Origin: a bacterium
GTDB lineage: Bacteria; Sysuimicrobiota; Sysuimicrobiia; Sysuimicrobiales; Segetimicrobiaceae
Direction of reading: 5' to 3'
NCBI GenBank assembly: GCA_035280345.1
Contig: DATEGA010000074.1
Span: 6,664 to 70,663, forward strand
Length of the DNA: 64,000 nt
Part shown: positions 9,377-17,627 of the stretch, one piece after another
How the letters are laid out: the number at the start of each line of letters is the position of its first letter
Numbering within the stretch: position 1 is the first letter of the stretch
Translations under genes and position numbers: made by a program
Notes under the pieces: model-generated
The model's input: the letters and a program-made list of their open reading frames with translations, nothing else
What the model was told of the DNA's origin: nothing
The model's database searches: none

Positions 9377-10301
9377 GAGCGGCGGCATCCCGGATGCGCG
9401 GATCGAGGTAGCCGTAGGACACGTCCACGAGCATGTTGGCCAGGACGTAGCCGCACGCCGCGACCAGCAGCGCCGACTGCAGCGCGGGATAGTCGCGATA
9501 CGTAATCGACTCGACGATGAGGCGTCCGAGGCCCGGCCGCGCGAACACCGTTTCCACGACGACCGTCCCCGACAGCAGGTTGCCGAGCTCGACGCCCACG
9601 ATCGTGACGACCGGAATCAGCGAGTTGCGCAGCGCGTGCTTGAGCACGACGAGCCGCGGCGGCAGGCCCTTCGCCCGCGCCGTCACGACGAACTCTTGAT
9701 GAAGCGTCTGCACGAGGCTCGACCGCGCGAGCCGGCTGATCACACCGGTGCTGTACAAGCCCAGCGTGACCGCCGGCATGATCAATTGCTGCCAGCCCGA
9801 GCCCGTCGTTACGGGCAGCCACCCCAGCCAGAGCGAGAACACGAAGATCAGCATCAGCGCGAGCCAGAAGCTCGGGATGGACACCCCGGAGAGCGCCGCG
9901 ATCGTGCTGAGGTTGTCGAGCCAGCCGTGAGGACGCAGCGCGGCGAGCGTCCCCAGCGTCACGCCGAGCGCCACGGCAATGCCGAGACCGACAAGCGCGA
10001 GCTCGAGCGTGGACGGCAGGACCTTCTCGATCAGCCGCCCCACCGGCTCGCCGTACCGGATCGAACGGCCCAGCCGGCCCTGGGCGAGCGACCCGAGGCT
10101 GTCCGCGTACTGCCGCCAAAGCGGGCGGTCAAGACCGTACTGGTGGCGCAGCGACTCCAGCTGTGACTTCGAGGCGCTGCCCTCCGAAATCATGAGCGCC
10201 GGATCGGACGGGAGCACGTGCAGCACGATGAAGATCAGCGTGTACACCCCGAGCAGGGCCGGCAGCGTGCTCAGCACGCGCCGGCCCGCGAACTTCAGCA
10301 C
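9369..10301 (-). CDS. ABC transporter permease, DppB/OppB-like
   Basis: 310 aa, GTG start. N-terminus MLKFAGRRVLSTLPALLGVYTLIFIVLHVLPSDP. Contains FVVTARAKGLPPRLVVLKHALRN and ends YGYLDPRIR. Confidence 0.9.
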   Translation of the reverse strand: MLKFAGRRVLSTLPALLGVYTLIFIVLHVLPSDPALMISEGSASKSQLESLRHQYGLDRPLWRQYADSLGSLAQGRLGRSIRYGEPVGRLIEKVLPSTLELALVGLGIAVALGVTLGTLAALRPHGWLDNLSTIAALSGVSIPSFWLALMLIFVFSLWLGWLPVTTGSGWQQLIMPAVTLGLYSTGVISRLARSSLVQTLHQEFVVTARAKGLPPRLVVLKHALRNSLIPVVTIVGVELGNLLSGTVVVETVFARPGLGRLIVESITYRDYPALQSALLVAACGYVLANMLVDVSYGYLDPRIRDAAAHG

Positions 10302-10358
10302 GGCCGTCTAGGGTCGCAGCGGCCCCCCGCGGGATTGGCCTCCGGCGTCGTCACGCCC

Positions 10359-12020
10359 TCACGACTGAAGCCACGCGTCCTGGAAGTAGGGATACCAGGA
10401 CCGCGCGTCCATATGGAAGTCCTTGACCGCCGCGTCCGTCACCCAGACGAACAGTGTGATGTAGATCGGCACCACGTACCCCTGCTCGAGTATGCGGCGG
10501 GTCGCCTTGGAAACGAGGGCGAAGCGCGCCTTCCGGTCGATTGTTGAGTCCTGTTCGGCGAGGAGCTGGTCGAGCTCCGGGTCCTTGTTCATCGCCCAGG
10601 AGAAGCTGCCCACGTTCTTCGACGCGAAAAGATCCACGAGATAGTGCGGGTCGCTCGCTTCGAACTCCCGATTGATCAGATGGTACAGGCCCTTGCTGCC
10701 CGCCACCGTCCGGTCGGCCGGCGTGCCGGCGATCAGTTTGGTCTCGAAGCCGACGGCCTGCAGCATCGTCAGCATCAGCTGCTTGTAATTCTCGGTCATG
10801 AAGCCGCTGGTGAACACGTCCAGGTGCAGCGGCTGGCCGTCCTTCGCACGCACGCCGCTCGGGCCGCGCTTCCAGCCCGCTTCCTCCAGCAGTTGCTTCG
10901 CCTTCTCGGGGTTGAACGAGTACAGGTGGTCGAGCGCCGGGTCATAGCCGAAGCTCGTCGGGCCGATCAGATTCCACGTCGGCCGCGCGAAGCCGGGATA
11001 GAAGACCTTGACGATCGTGTCTTTGCTGATCGCGTAGTTGATCGCCTGCCGGACGGCCGGCTCGTTCGTCGGCGGCTTCTGCGTGTTGATGAAGTTGAAC
11101 CAAGTGGTCCCCGGCGAGACGCCGCGGTACAGCGCGAAGCGCGAGTCGTGCTCCCAGTCCCGGAGGCGCAGCGGGCCGGGCCACGCCTCAATACGCAGTT
11201 CTTTGCGGGCGCTCATCAGTCCGTCGCGTGTACCCTGCTCCGGCACGAACTTGAACGTCAGCTTATCGAGGTGCGGCGGCCCCGCATTCGTCTTGCCGGG
11301 GAATACCGTGCCCCACTTGTAGTTGGGGTTGCGCGCCAGCGTGATAAGCGTGTCGCGCGCCCACTCGACGAACGTGAAGGGCCCCGTACCGACCAGATGG
11401 TTCTGAAAGTCCAGGCCGTACTTCTTCACCGCCGCCGGTGACGGGATGCCGAGATAGCCCTGGCTCAGCGAGTCCCAGATCGGGGCGAACGGCTCCTTCA
11501 GCCGCAGCTGCACCGTGTGGTCATCCATAACCACGGTCGAGTCGTATGGACCGAGCAGCGACTTCGCGTACTGCGACTTCGTCGCCGGATCGACGCAGCG
11601 ATCGAAGTGGAGCTTCACGGCCTCGGCGTTGAAGTCCGTGCCGTCGTGGAACTTCACGCCCGGGCGAAGCTTGAACGTGATTTGCGTGCCGTCTTTGGAC
11701 GCCGTCCACGACGTCGCGAGACCGGGATAGATGTTGAGGTCGTTGCCGAGGTAGACGAGCGAGTCGAAGATCATCTGCGTGACCATCGTCTCGGGCGGAC
11801 CCCAGTAGACGGCCGGATCGAGCTTGTCGAGCGTCCGGTACATGCCGATCGTAAGTTCGCCGCCCGGGCGCGGTGTCTCCGCGGCCGCGGCGGCCGTGCG
11901 CAGCAGCGGCCCGCCGGACTCGCCGAGCGCGGACAGCGGGAGTGCGGATCCCGCGCCGGCCGCGAGTAGTTTGAGCAGCGAGCGGCGCGACAGGTGCGAC
12001 GCCTTACTGTGTTTGGGCAT
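10359..12020 (-). CDS. ABC transporter substrate-binding protein, family 5 (peptide/nickel/opine type), TAT leader
   Basis: 553 aa. Twin-arginine leader HLSRRSLLKLLAAGAGSALPLSALG. Family-5 blocks LDPAVYW, LATSWTASKDGTQITFKLRPGVKFHDGTDFNAEAV and GTGPFTFVEW. Confidence 0.9.
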   Translation of the reverse strand: MPKHSKASHLSRRSLLKLLAAGAGSALPLSALGESGGPLLRTAAAAAETPRPGGELTIGMYRTLDKLDPAVYWGPPETMVTQMIFDSLVYLGNDLNIYPGLATSWTASKDGTQITFKLRPGVKFHDGTDFNAEAVKLHFDRCVDPATKSQYAKSLLGPYDSTVVMDDHTVQLRLKEPFAPIWDSLSQGYLGIPSPAAVKKYGLDFQNHLVGTGPFTFVEWARDTLITLARNPNYKWGTVFPGKTNAGPPHLDKLTFKFVPEQGTRDGLMSARKELRIEAWPGPLRLRDWEHDSRFALYRGVSPGTTWFNFINTQKPPTNEPAVRQAINYAISKDTIVKVFYPGFARPTWNLIGPTSFGYDPALDHLYSFNPEKAKQLLEEAGWKRGPSGVRAKDGQPLHLDVFTSGFMTENYKQLMLTMLQAVGFETKLIAGTPADRTVAGSKGLYHLINREFEASDPHYLVDLFASKNVGSFSWAMNKDPELDQLLAEQDSTIDRKARFALVSKATRRILEQGYVVPIYITLFVWVTDAAVKDFHMDARSWYPYFQDAWLQS

Positions 12021-12046
12021 TGCCGATCACACCCCCCAATGTGTGT

Positions 12047-12058
12047 GACGGTACCGTC
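12047..12058. promoter_or_regulatory. Perfect 12-bp palindrome GACGGTACCGTC in a divergent promoter region (candidate operator)
   Basis: Read directly. Symmetric around 12052/12053. Lies 27 bp from the minus-strand SBP start (12020) and about 130 bp from the plus-strand SBP start (12188). Confidence 0.35.
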
Positions 12059-12187
12059 TGACCGCATTCCACGTCACCAGGAGGAGGCCCTGTGCGCGCC
12101 AGGGCAGGAGGCGGCGCGCGCCGGAGGGAACCATCGCGTCTGTCAAGCCCTCGATCGCGCACGCCCACACCAAAAGGAGGAATCGTC

Positions 12188-13882
12188 TTGCCCGAGGATC
12201 GCACCGCGTTTCCCTGGCACGACTACTACGGTCGTGGCCTGATTACCAGGCGGCAGCTCGTCAAGCTGACGGCGATGATCGGTGGGGCCGCCGCGGTGTC
12301 AACGGTCCTGTCCGACTCGAGGCCGGCACACGCGGCACTCGCCCCGGCGGCCAAGCAGGTGCTGCGGTATCCGAACGTTGAGCCGCTGAACTTCGATCCC
12401 GCGACGATGGAGTCGCGGCCGGAGATCCTCGTGGGCATGGCCCTGTTCGATCCACTGCTCACGTTCGACGACAGCGGAACCGCCGTCCCGGTGGCGGCGC
12501 GGTCCTGGAACGTCTCGAAGGATGGGCTGACCTACACTTTCCACCTCCGGTCGGGCATGCAGTGGTCCGACGGTCACCCGGTCCAGGCCTCCGACTACGA
12601 ATACGCGTGGAAGCGCGTCGTGGACCCGGACATCGCCAGCGACTACGCGTCGGCGTTCTACCCGATCAAGGGCGCCCTCGACTACAACAAAGGCAAGACC
12701 AAGGACAAGAACACGATCGCGATCAAAGCCGTCGACGCCCAGACCCTGCGGGTGGGGCTGACCGAGCCGGCGGCGTATTTCCCGCGCCTCGTCTCGACCT
12801 GGAACTACCTGCCCGTACCCCGCTGGTCGGTGGAGAAGAACGGCAAGAAGTGGGTCGACGCCGGCAACCACGTCGGCAACGGCATGTTCATGCTCCAGAA
12901 GTGGGACCACGACCGGGAGATGGTCATCGTCGCCAACCCGCGGTACTGGGGAACGAAGCCGACGCTGCAGCGCGTCGTGTTCACGATCACCGACGACACG
13001 TTCCGCACCAGCCTGCCGGCGTTCGAGAACAACGAGCTCGACCTCACCGATCAGATCCAGCCCGGCGACATCGACCGCGTGCGCAAGGATCCGAAGCTCG
13101 CCGCGCAGCTGCACAAGTACCGGTGGTCCGGCACCGCGATGATGTTCTGTGACACCACGAATCCCGCCTCACCGCTCAGCAAAGCGAGAGTCCGGCAGGC
13201 GTTCTACCTCGCGATCGACCACCAGCGGATCGCGCGGGACGTGCTGCGCGGGATCTACGACCCGGCGCCGACGATCACGCCGCCCGGGACGCTCGGGTAT
13301 CTCTCCACCCCTCCCCTCACGGGCGGTGTCGCGAAAGCGAAGCAGCTTCTGGCCGAAGCGGGCTACCCGGACGGCAAGGGATTCCCGGACATGAAGCTTG
13401 CCTGGCCGAAGCTCGTGACGTACGACCTGCTCGCGCAGGCGATGCAGCAGATGCTGCGCGAGACGCTCAACGTGAACATCACGCTGCAGCGTATGGAGCG
13501 CAAGGAGTATAACGCGGCCTTCAACTCGTGGGGGAAGCAGCCCTACACGGCCTTCATCGACCGCTGGGGGTCGGACTACGAGGACCCGGCCAACTGGGCC
13601 AACATCCTCTTCGACTCGGATCAAGACTTCTTCCACACCCGCTGGAAGAACGCCGAGTACGACAGCCTGGTCCGGAAGGGCTCTGCCGAGGCCGATCCCG
13701 CCAAGCGCCGGCAGCAGTACGAATCGGCGGAACGCATCCTCAATACCGAGCTGCCCGCGATTCCGCTCTACCATCTCGGCGTGATCATTGCGGTCAAGCG
13801 GACAGTTCAAGGGTTCCGGCTTCCGCCGGCCGCCGCGGCCTGGTACGGCACGTTCGGCCGCGTGAAGATTCTGGCCGGGTAA
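12188..13882 (+). CDS. ABC transporter substrate-binding protein, family 5, TAT leader
   Basis: Track ORF 12092..13882 trimmed to the TTG at 12188 (SD AAAGGAGG, 7-nt spacer). Codons 12092-12187 show many A/T third positions, unlike the coding regions. Leader ITRRQLVKLTAMIGGAAAVS...AHA. Contains SWNVSKDGLTYTFHLRSGMQWSDGHPV. Confidence 0.88.
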   Translation: MPEDRTAFPWHDYYGRGLITRRQLVKLTAMIGGAAAVSTVLSDSRPAHAALAPAAKQVLRYPNVEPLNFDPATMESRPEILVGMALFDPLLTFDDSGTAVPVAARSWNVSKDGLTYTFHLRSGMQWSDGHPVQASDYEYAWKRVVDPDIASDYASAFYPIKGALDYNKGKTKDKNTIAIKAVDAQTLRVGLTEPAAYFPRLVSTWNYLPVPRWSVEKNGKKWVDAGNHVGNGMFMLQKWDHDREMVIVANPRYWGTKPTLQRVVFTITDDTFRTSLPAFENNELDLTDQIQPGDIDRVRKDPKLAAQLHKYRWSGTAMMFCDTTNPASPLSKARVRQAFYLAIDHQRIARDVLRGIYDPAPTITPPGTLGYLSTPPLTGGVAKAKQLLAEAGYPDGKGFPDMKLAWPKLVTYDLLAQAMQQMLRETLNVNITLQRMERKEYNAAFNSWGKQPYTAFIDRWGSDYEDPANWANILFDSDQDFFHTRWKNAEYDSLVRKGSAEADPAKRRQQYESAERILNTELPAIPLYHLGVIIAVKRTVQGFRLPPAAAAWYGTFGRVKILAG

Positions 13883-13887
13883 GCACC

Positions 13888-13927
13888 GCGGGACGCCGCG
13901 CCGGTTCCGCCGGGCGCGGCGTCCCGC
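13888..13927 (+). promoter_or_regulatory. Intercistronic stem-loop: 15-bp perfect stem, 10-nt loop, no U-tract
   Basis: GCGGGACGCCGCGCC (13888-13902) pairs perfectly with GGCGCGGCGTCCCGC (13913-13927). Starts 5 nt after the SBP stop and ends 18 nt before the permease GTG. Confidence 0.6.
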
Positions 13928-13945
13928 TCCAATCGTCCCCGCCTC

Positions 13946-14872
13946 GTGGGCGCGTACCTTGTCCGGCGCCTGCTGCTCGCCGTGCCGACGATGGCCGTCG
14001 TCTACACGGCGGCCTTTCTATTGGTGCACGCCACGCCGGGCGGTCCCTGGGACAACGCCGAGAAGCCGCTCGCCCCGCAGGTCATCGAGAACATCCGGCT
14101 CAAGTACCATCTGAACGACCCGCTCTGGAAGCAGTACCTGCTCTACCTGAACGATGCGCTGCACGGCTCGCTCGGCCCGTCGTATGTGAACAGGGCGCGC
14201 GACGTCTCGGAGATCATCGCGGACTTCTTCCCCGTCTCCATACAGCTCGGCGTCATCGCGATGCTGTTTGCGATCGCCGTCGGGATCCCGCTCGGCACCC
14301 TCGCGGCCGTGTACCGCAACACCGCGATCGATTATGCCGCGATCGGGGTGGTCGTCACCGGCATCTCCATCCCCAACTACGTGATGGCGACGATTCTCGT
14401 GACGACGCTCGCGGTGTGGCTGCACTGGCTGCCGACCGGGGGATGGGCGGGAATCTGGGACATCCGGATCATCATTCCCATGGTCGCGATCGGCTTCCGG
14501 CCGGCGACCACGCTCGCCCGCTACCTCCGCACCTCGCTGCTCGAGGTCCTGGGCCAAGACTACATTCGCACGGCGAGGGCCAAGGGGCTGGCGAAGCGCA
14601 AGGTGGTGATCCGGCACGCGCTGCGCAACGCGCTGGTGCCGATCGCCACCATCTCCGGCATTCTCGTCGCCGACGTGATCACCGGGTCGTTTTTCGTCGA
14701 GACCATTACGCGCGTCCCCGGGATCGGCCGCTACTTCGTCACGGCGACGACGGGGCGGGACTATCCGGTGCTGCTCGCCCTGGCGCTGCTGTTCGCGGTG
14801 ATCATCATCACCATGAATATCCTGGTCGATCTCTCGTACGCGGTCCTGGATCCGCAGGTGCGCTATGCCTAA
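13946..14872 (+). CDS. ABC transporter permease, DppB/OppB-like
   Basis: 308 aa, GTG start. N-terminus GAYLVRRLLLAVPTMAVVYTAAFLLVHATPGGP. Contains DYIRTARAKGLAKRKVVIRHALRN and ends YAVLDPQVRYA. Confidence 0.9.
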   Translation: MGAYLVRRLLLAVPTMAVVYTAAFLLVHATPGGPWDNAEKPLAPQVIENIRLKYHLNDPLWKQYLLYLNDALHGSLGPSYVNRARDVSEIIADFFPVSIQLGVIAMLFAIAVGIPLGTLAAVYRNTAIDYAAIGVVVTGISIPNYVMATILVTTLAVWLHWLPTGGWAGIWDIRIIIPMVAIGFRPATTLARYLRTSLLEVLGQDYIRTARAKGLAKRKVVIRHALRNALVPIATISGILVADVITGSFFVETITRVPGIGRYFVTATTGRDYPVLLALALLFAVIIITMNILVDLSYAVLDPQVRYA

Positions 14873-14878
14873 CCGCCC

Positions 14879-15835
14879 GTGAGCACCCTGACGCAGGCCG
14901 GCGCCCCTGCGCGGCGGCCCGCGCGGGAACGGCGGCGCTACCAGCGCGCGTACACCCGATTCAAGCGGCACAAGATGGCCGTGGTCGGCGCCGTATTCCT
15001 CGCGGGCGTGCTCCTGATCGCGGCGGCCGCCCCGATGGTGACGCCGTACGTGTACGATCGTCAGGACCTCTTCTCCACCTACAGCCCCGCCTCGGCGCGG
15101 CACTGGGCCGGGACGGACAGCCTCGGCCGCGATGTGCTGAGCCGCCTCATGTACGGCGCGCGCGTCTCGATGAGCGTCGGGGTCACGACGCTCTTACTGG
15201 TGCTGGCGATCGGGGTGCCGATGGGCCTTACCGCCGGGTATCTCGGCGGCACGTTCGACCTTCTGCTGATGCGGGTCGTGGACGTCGTCTACGCGATCCC
15301 GTACCTGCTGCTCGTCGTATTGCTCCAGACGTTTTTCACGGCGTTTCTCCCCACGGTGCGCGGCGGACCGCTCGTGTGGCTGCGCGCGCTCAACCAAAAT
15401 ACGCACGGCATCGCGGCCATCGTGCTCGCGCTGTCCCTCATTGGCTGGCTCGACGTCGCCCGCATCGTTCGCGGCCAGGTGATTGGCCTGCGCCCGCGGG
15501 AGTTCGTGCAGGCGGCGCGCAGCCTCGGGGCCGGCGACCGCCACATCATGTGGGCGCACCTCCTCCCCAACGTGATGGCGCCGATCATCGTGATGGCGAC
15601 CGTGCTGATCCCGAATTTCATCATCGCCGAGGCGGGGCTGAGCTTCCTCGGATTGGGCGTGCAGCCGCCGCTGCCAAGTTGGGGCACCATGATCGCGGAA
15701 GGCATCGATTCGATCGAGTCGTACCCCCGCCTCGTCATCGCGCCGGCGCTTGTGCTCGCGGCAACGCTGCTCAGCCTCAATTTCGTGGGGGACGGTCTTC
15801 GCGACGCGCTCGATCCGGTGCAAGAGCGCGAGTGA
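14879..15835 (+). CDS. ABC transporter permease, DppC/OppC-like
   Basis: 318 aa, GTG start. Contains HWAGTDSLGRDVLSRLMYGARVSM, EFVQAARSLGAGDRHIMWAHLLPN and GDGLRDALDP. Confidence 0.9.
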   Translation: MSTLTQAGAPARRPARERRRYQRAYTRFKRHKMAVVGAVFLAGVLLIAAAAPMVTPYVYDRQDLFSTYSPASARHWAGTDSLGRDVLSRLMYGARVSMSVGVTTLLLVLAIGVPMGLTAGYLGGTFDLLLMRVVDVVYAIPYLLLVVLLQTFFTAFLPTVRGGPLVWLRALNQNTHGIAAIVLALSLIGWLDVARIVRGQVIGLRPREFVQAARSLGAGDRHIMWAHLLPNVMAPIIVMATVLIPNFIIAEAGLSFLGLGVQPPLPSWGTMIAEGIDSIESYPRLVIAPALVLAATLLSLNFVGDGLRDALDPVQERE

Positions 15836-15851
15836 ATCAGCGGAGCCTCTG

Positions 15852-16451
15852 TTGACGCGCGGAAGCGCGGCCGGCACCCGGTATCGGTTTCGAACCCTCC
15901 CCGATTACCTCGCCCCCGGCCTTCAGGTCGTCTTCGTCGGCATCAACCCTGGCCTGTATTCGGTCGAACGCGGGCACTACTTTGCCCGGAGCACCAGCCG
16001 CTTCTGGCCGGCGTTCTCCCGCTCGGTCCTGTCCGCCCCGATACGCAAGGCCCTGCACCTGTCCGTGCTCGATCCGGAACAAGACGCGGCACTGCTGCGA
16101 TTTGGCATCGGGTTCACCGACGTGGTCAAGGTCCCGAGCCGGAACGCGGCCGGCGTGTCGCCGGCGCTCTTCCGCGAGTGGGCACCGAGGCTGCGGCGGC
16201 GCCTCGAAACGCACCGGCCCGGCGTCGCCTGCTTTCACGGCCTGACCGGCTTTCGGCCGTTCGTGCAGTTCGCGCTCGGCGGCGATCCAAAGACCGCCGT
16301 GCTGGGACCGCAGCGGCTGACCGTGGGACGAACCCGCCTGTTTGTCGCTCCAAACCCAAGCCCCGCCAACGCCCATTTCACCGTCGAAGACCAGGTGCGG
16401 TGGTACGATCGGCTGGCCGAATTCTTGCCCGACAACGCGTCGAGGAGGTAG
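15852..16451 (+). CDS. mug: G/U mismatch-specific (Mug/TDG family) DNA glycosylase
   Basis: Track ORF trimmed to the TTG at 15852 (SD GGAG, 6-nt spacer). Contains LPDYLAPGLQVVFVGINPGLYS (GINPG catalytic motif) and later NPSPANAHF. Confidence 0.7.
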   Translation: MTRGSAAGTRYRFRTLPDYLAPGLQVVFVGINPGLYSVERGHYFARSTSRFWPAFSRSVLSAPIRKALHLSVLDPEQDAALLRFGIGFTDVVKVPSRNAAGVSPALFREWAPRLRRRLETHRPGVACFHGLTGFRPFVQFALGGDPKTAVLGPQRLTVGRTRLFVAPNPSPANAHFTVEDQVRWYDRLAEFLPDNASRR

Positions 16452-16455
16452 CCGC

Positions 16456-17235
16456 ATGCGAGGCCTCAGGGACAAGGTCGCGATCGTCACCGGCGGCGGA
16501 CAAGGCATCGGGCGCGCGATCGTGATGCGGCTCGCACAGGACGGCGCCGACGTCGTCATCGGGGAGCTGAATACATCGACGGCGTCGGCCGTGGCCGGCG
16601 AGGTGCAAGGGGTCGGGCGCAGCGCACTGGCGGTGCGCACGGACGTCGCCAATGCCAAAGACCGCCGGGCCCTCGTCGATGCCGCGCTGTCCAAGTTTGG
16701 CAAGATCGATGTGCTCGTCAACAACGCGGGCATCATCCGGGTCAGCGATCCGCTCGAGATCACCGAGGACGAGTGGGATCAGATCCAGGGCGTGAACGTG
16801 AAGGGCACGTACTTCATGTGCCAGGCCGTGCTGCCGCACATGCTCGAGCGCGGGTCCGGCAAGATCGTGAACCTGGCCAGCATCGCAGCCAAGGCGGGCA
16901 GCACCGCGTTCATTCACTACAACGTGAGCAAGGCGAGCGTCGTCGCGCTCACGCGCAACCTCGCCGTCCACTACGGCCGGCGCGGCATCAACGTGAATTG
17001 CGTGTGCCCCGGTATCGTCGAGACAGATATGTGGGCCAAGATCGAGCGCGAGGTCGGACCGCTGCTCAACCTCAAGCCCGGAGAGTTCACGCAGAGCCGC
17101 CTCAACTCGATCGCCCTCGGGCGCCTGGAGAAACCCGAGGAGGTGGCCGGCGCCGTCGCGTTTCTGTGTTCGGACGACGCGAGGTACATCACGGGCCAGG
17201 CCATCAACGTAGAAGGCGGCATCCTCTTCCATTAG
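16456..17235 (+). CDS. SDR family oxidoreductase
   Basis: Trimmed to the ATG at 16456 (SD GAGGAGG overlaps the mug stop). Contains MRGLRDKVAIVTGGGQGIGRAI (TGxxxGxG), NNAG and the YNVSK catalytic Tyr-Lys. Confidence 0.88.
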   Translation: MRGLRDKVAIVTGGGQGIGRAIVMRLAQDGADVVIGELNTSTASAVAGEVQGVGRSALAVRTDVANAKDRRALVDAALSKFGKIDVLVNNAGIIRVSDPLEITEDEWDQIQGVNVKGTYFMCQAVLPHMLERGSGKIVNLASIAAKAGSTAFIHYNVSKASVVALTRNLAVHYGRRGINVNCVCPGIVETDMWAKIEREVGPLLNLKPGEFTQSRLNSIALGRLEKPEEVAGAVAFLCSDDARYITGQAINVEGGILFH

Positions 17236-17331
17236 AAGGCGCTACGGGCAGTGAGGCGGCGCGCGCGGGGGCTGGTTTCGGGGTAAAGGTTCACCTGACT
17301 GAACCCTGAGTTATGAGTGAGGCGTATGCGA

Positions 17332-17535
17332 ATGGACAGGGTACAGTTGGTGCGCCATTGGCGCGAGATGCGCGAGTCCGTGAAAGCAGAATGGGGACAA
17401 CTGACGGACCACGAGCTCGCCGGAATCTCCGGAGACTACGATCTACTGGTGGCCGCGATTCACCAACACACCGGCAAACCGGCAGAAGAGATCAGCCGGC
17501 GGCTCGACGAGCTCGGAAAGAAGTTCGCCGCGTAA
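17332..17535 (+). CDS. CsbD-like general stress protein
   Basis: MDRVQLVRHWREMRESVKAEWGQLTDHELAGISGDYDLLVAAIHQHTGKPAEEISRRLDEL matches the CsbD pattern (KxxWGxLTDDxL...G.xdxLxGxiQexyG). Upstream in-frame GTG 17317 and ATG 17326 are alternative starts. Confidence 0.7.
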   Translation: MDRVQLVRHWREMRESVKAEWGQLTDHELAGISGDYDLLVAAIHQHTGKPAEEISRRLDELGKKFAA

Positions 17536-17627
17536 GCAGACCGATCAGGTGACGGCCCGCATCGTGGCTCCTGCGGCGGGCCGCAACGTACCATACCGCT
17601 CGTCGGACTTCCGGCCGCCCCGAACGG

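Noticed and set aside
13528-15855. 775-aa plus-strand ORF, plus similar long ORFs (38162..39823, 39790..41619, 50983..52644, 55826..57589, 25227..26879, 27575..29062, 22026..23129 and others)
   Set aside because: All are out of frame with or antisense to genes that have strong family signatures. All show the same low-complexity R/P/G/A/D composition. I treat them as high-GC artefacts.
17260-17316. Possible sigma-B-type promoter (GTTT...GGGTAA) and a GGTTCA-N6-TGAACC inverted repeat upstream of the CsbD-like gene
   Set aside because: The GTTTC and GGGTAA elements are adjacent rather than 12-14 nt apart, so they do not fit the consensus. The 6-bp repeat is too short to be meaningful on its own.
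17553-17583. 8-bp stem (CGGCCCGC/GCGGGCCG) with a 15-nt loop between the convergent csbD-like and SDR genes
   Set aside because: It is a plausible bidirectional terminator by position, but it has no U-tract on either strand and a large loop. That is too weak to call.
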